DNA of 64,000 bases from Heterodontus francisci (lineage: Eukaryota). The stretch lies in assembly GCF_036365525.1 (NCBI RefSeq), contig NC_090389.1, positions 21,991,033-22,055,032 of the forward strand, read 5' to 3'. The position numbers and the translations under genes are program-made. The notes beneath the pieces were generated by a model. The model worked only from the letters and a program-made list of their open reading frames with translations. It had not been told where the DNA came from and ran no database searches. Below are positions 63,795 through 64,000 of the stretch, in pieces; position 1 is the stretch's first letter; every line of letters begins with the position of its first letter.

Positions 63795-64000
63795 CCATAT
63801 ATCTTGAATTTCCCTGAGAAAGCAGCATCACTGCTTGAACCTCTCAAGAAGGATACGCCATTCTTGTGGCATGAAGATCATCATGCATTCGATTCATTAA
63901 AACAGTCACTTTCTGCTGAAGCATGTTTACAGTACTATGACCCAAGGAAAGAAACTACACTTGAAGTAGATGCTTCAGAAAAGGATCTTGGAGTATGTCT

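Larger units (their letters stand above)
60600..64000 (+). mobile_element. Degenerate Ty3/Gypsy gag-pol
   Basis: CGKCG..H...C / CKAC..GHW knuckles (~61140-61230), protease KIDNEAS (~61530), RT FSKLDLKHGYW...IADNI (62334-62894) and RNase H YYDPRKETTLEVDAS at the window end. Confidence 0.85.

Overview
Vertebrate genomic DNA, most likely from a cartilaginous fish (shark). This is inferred from the repeat content: HE1-type V-SINEs, CR1 LINEs, Penelope fragments and Gypsy LTR elements. The only host gene I can identify is RAD18 on the minus strand. Coding exon 1 (37873-37923) and exon 2 (33552-33633, PMDDLLRCGICFEYFNIAMMIPRCSHN, start of the RING finger) are present. Exon 3 was not found, so 1-33551 is most simply intron 2. 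RAD18 exon 1 and its promoter lie between a C-rich array and a 24-bp minisatellite. Most of the rest is repeats: a 4-kb G/A satellite, two large CR1 copies (one nearly intact), five V-SINEs, Penelope fragments with hammerhead-like cores, Tigger and Harbinger-like DNA elements, and a nested Gypsy cluster. There is also a 4.2-kb Mutator (MULE)-type element with a 9-bp TSD, a SWIM finger remnant and an NRF1-motif array. A speculative set of phase-compatible plus-strand exons lies head-to-head with RAD18. The long ORFs in the supplied track are mostly repeat artefacts. All analysis was by eye; no searches were run.
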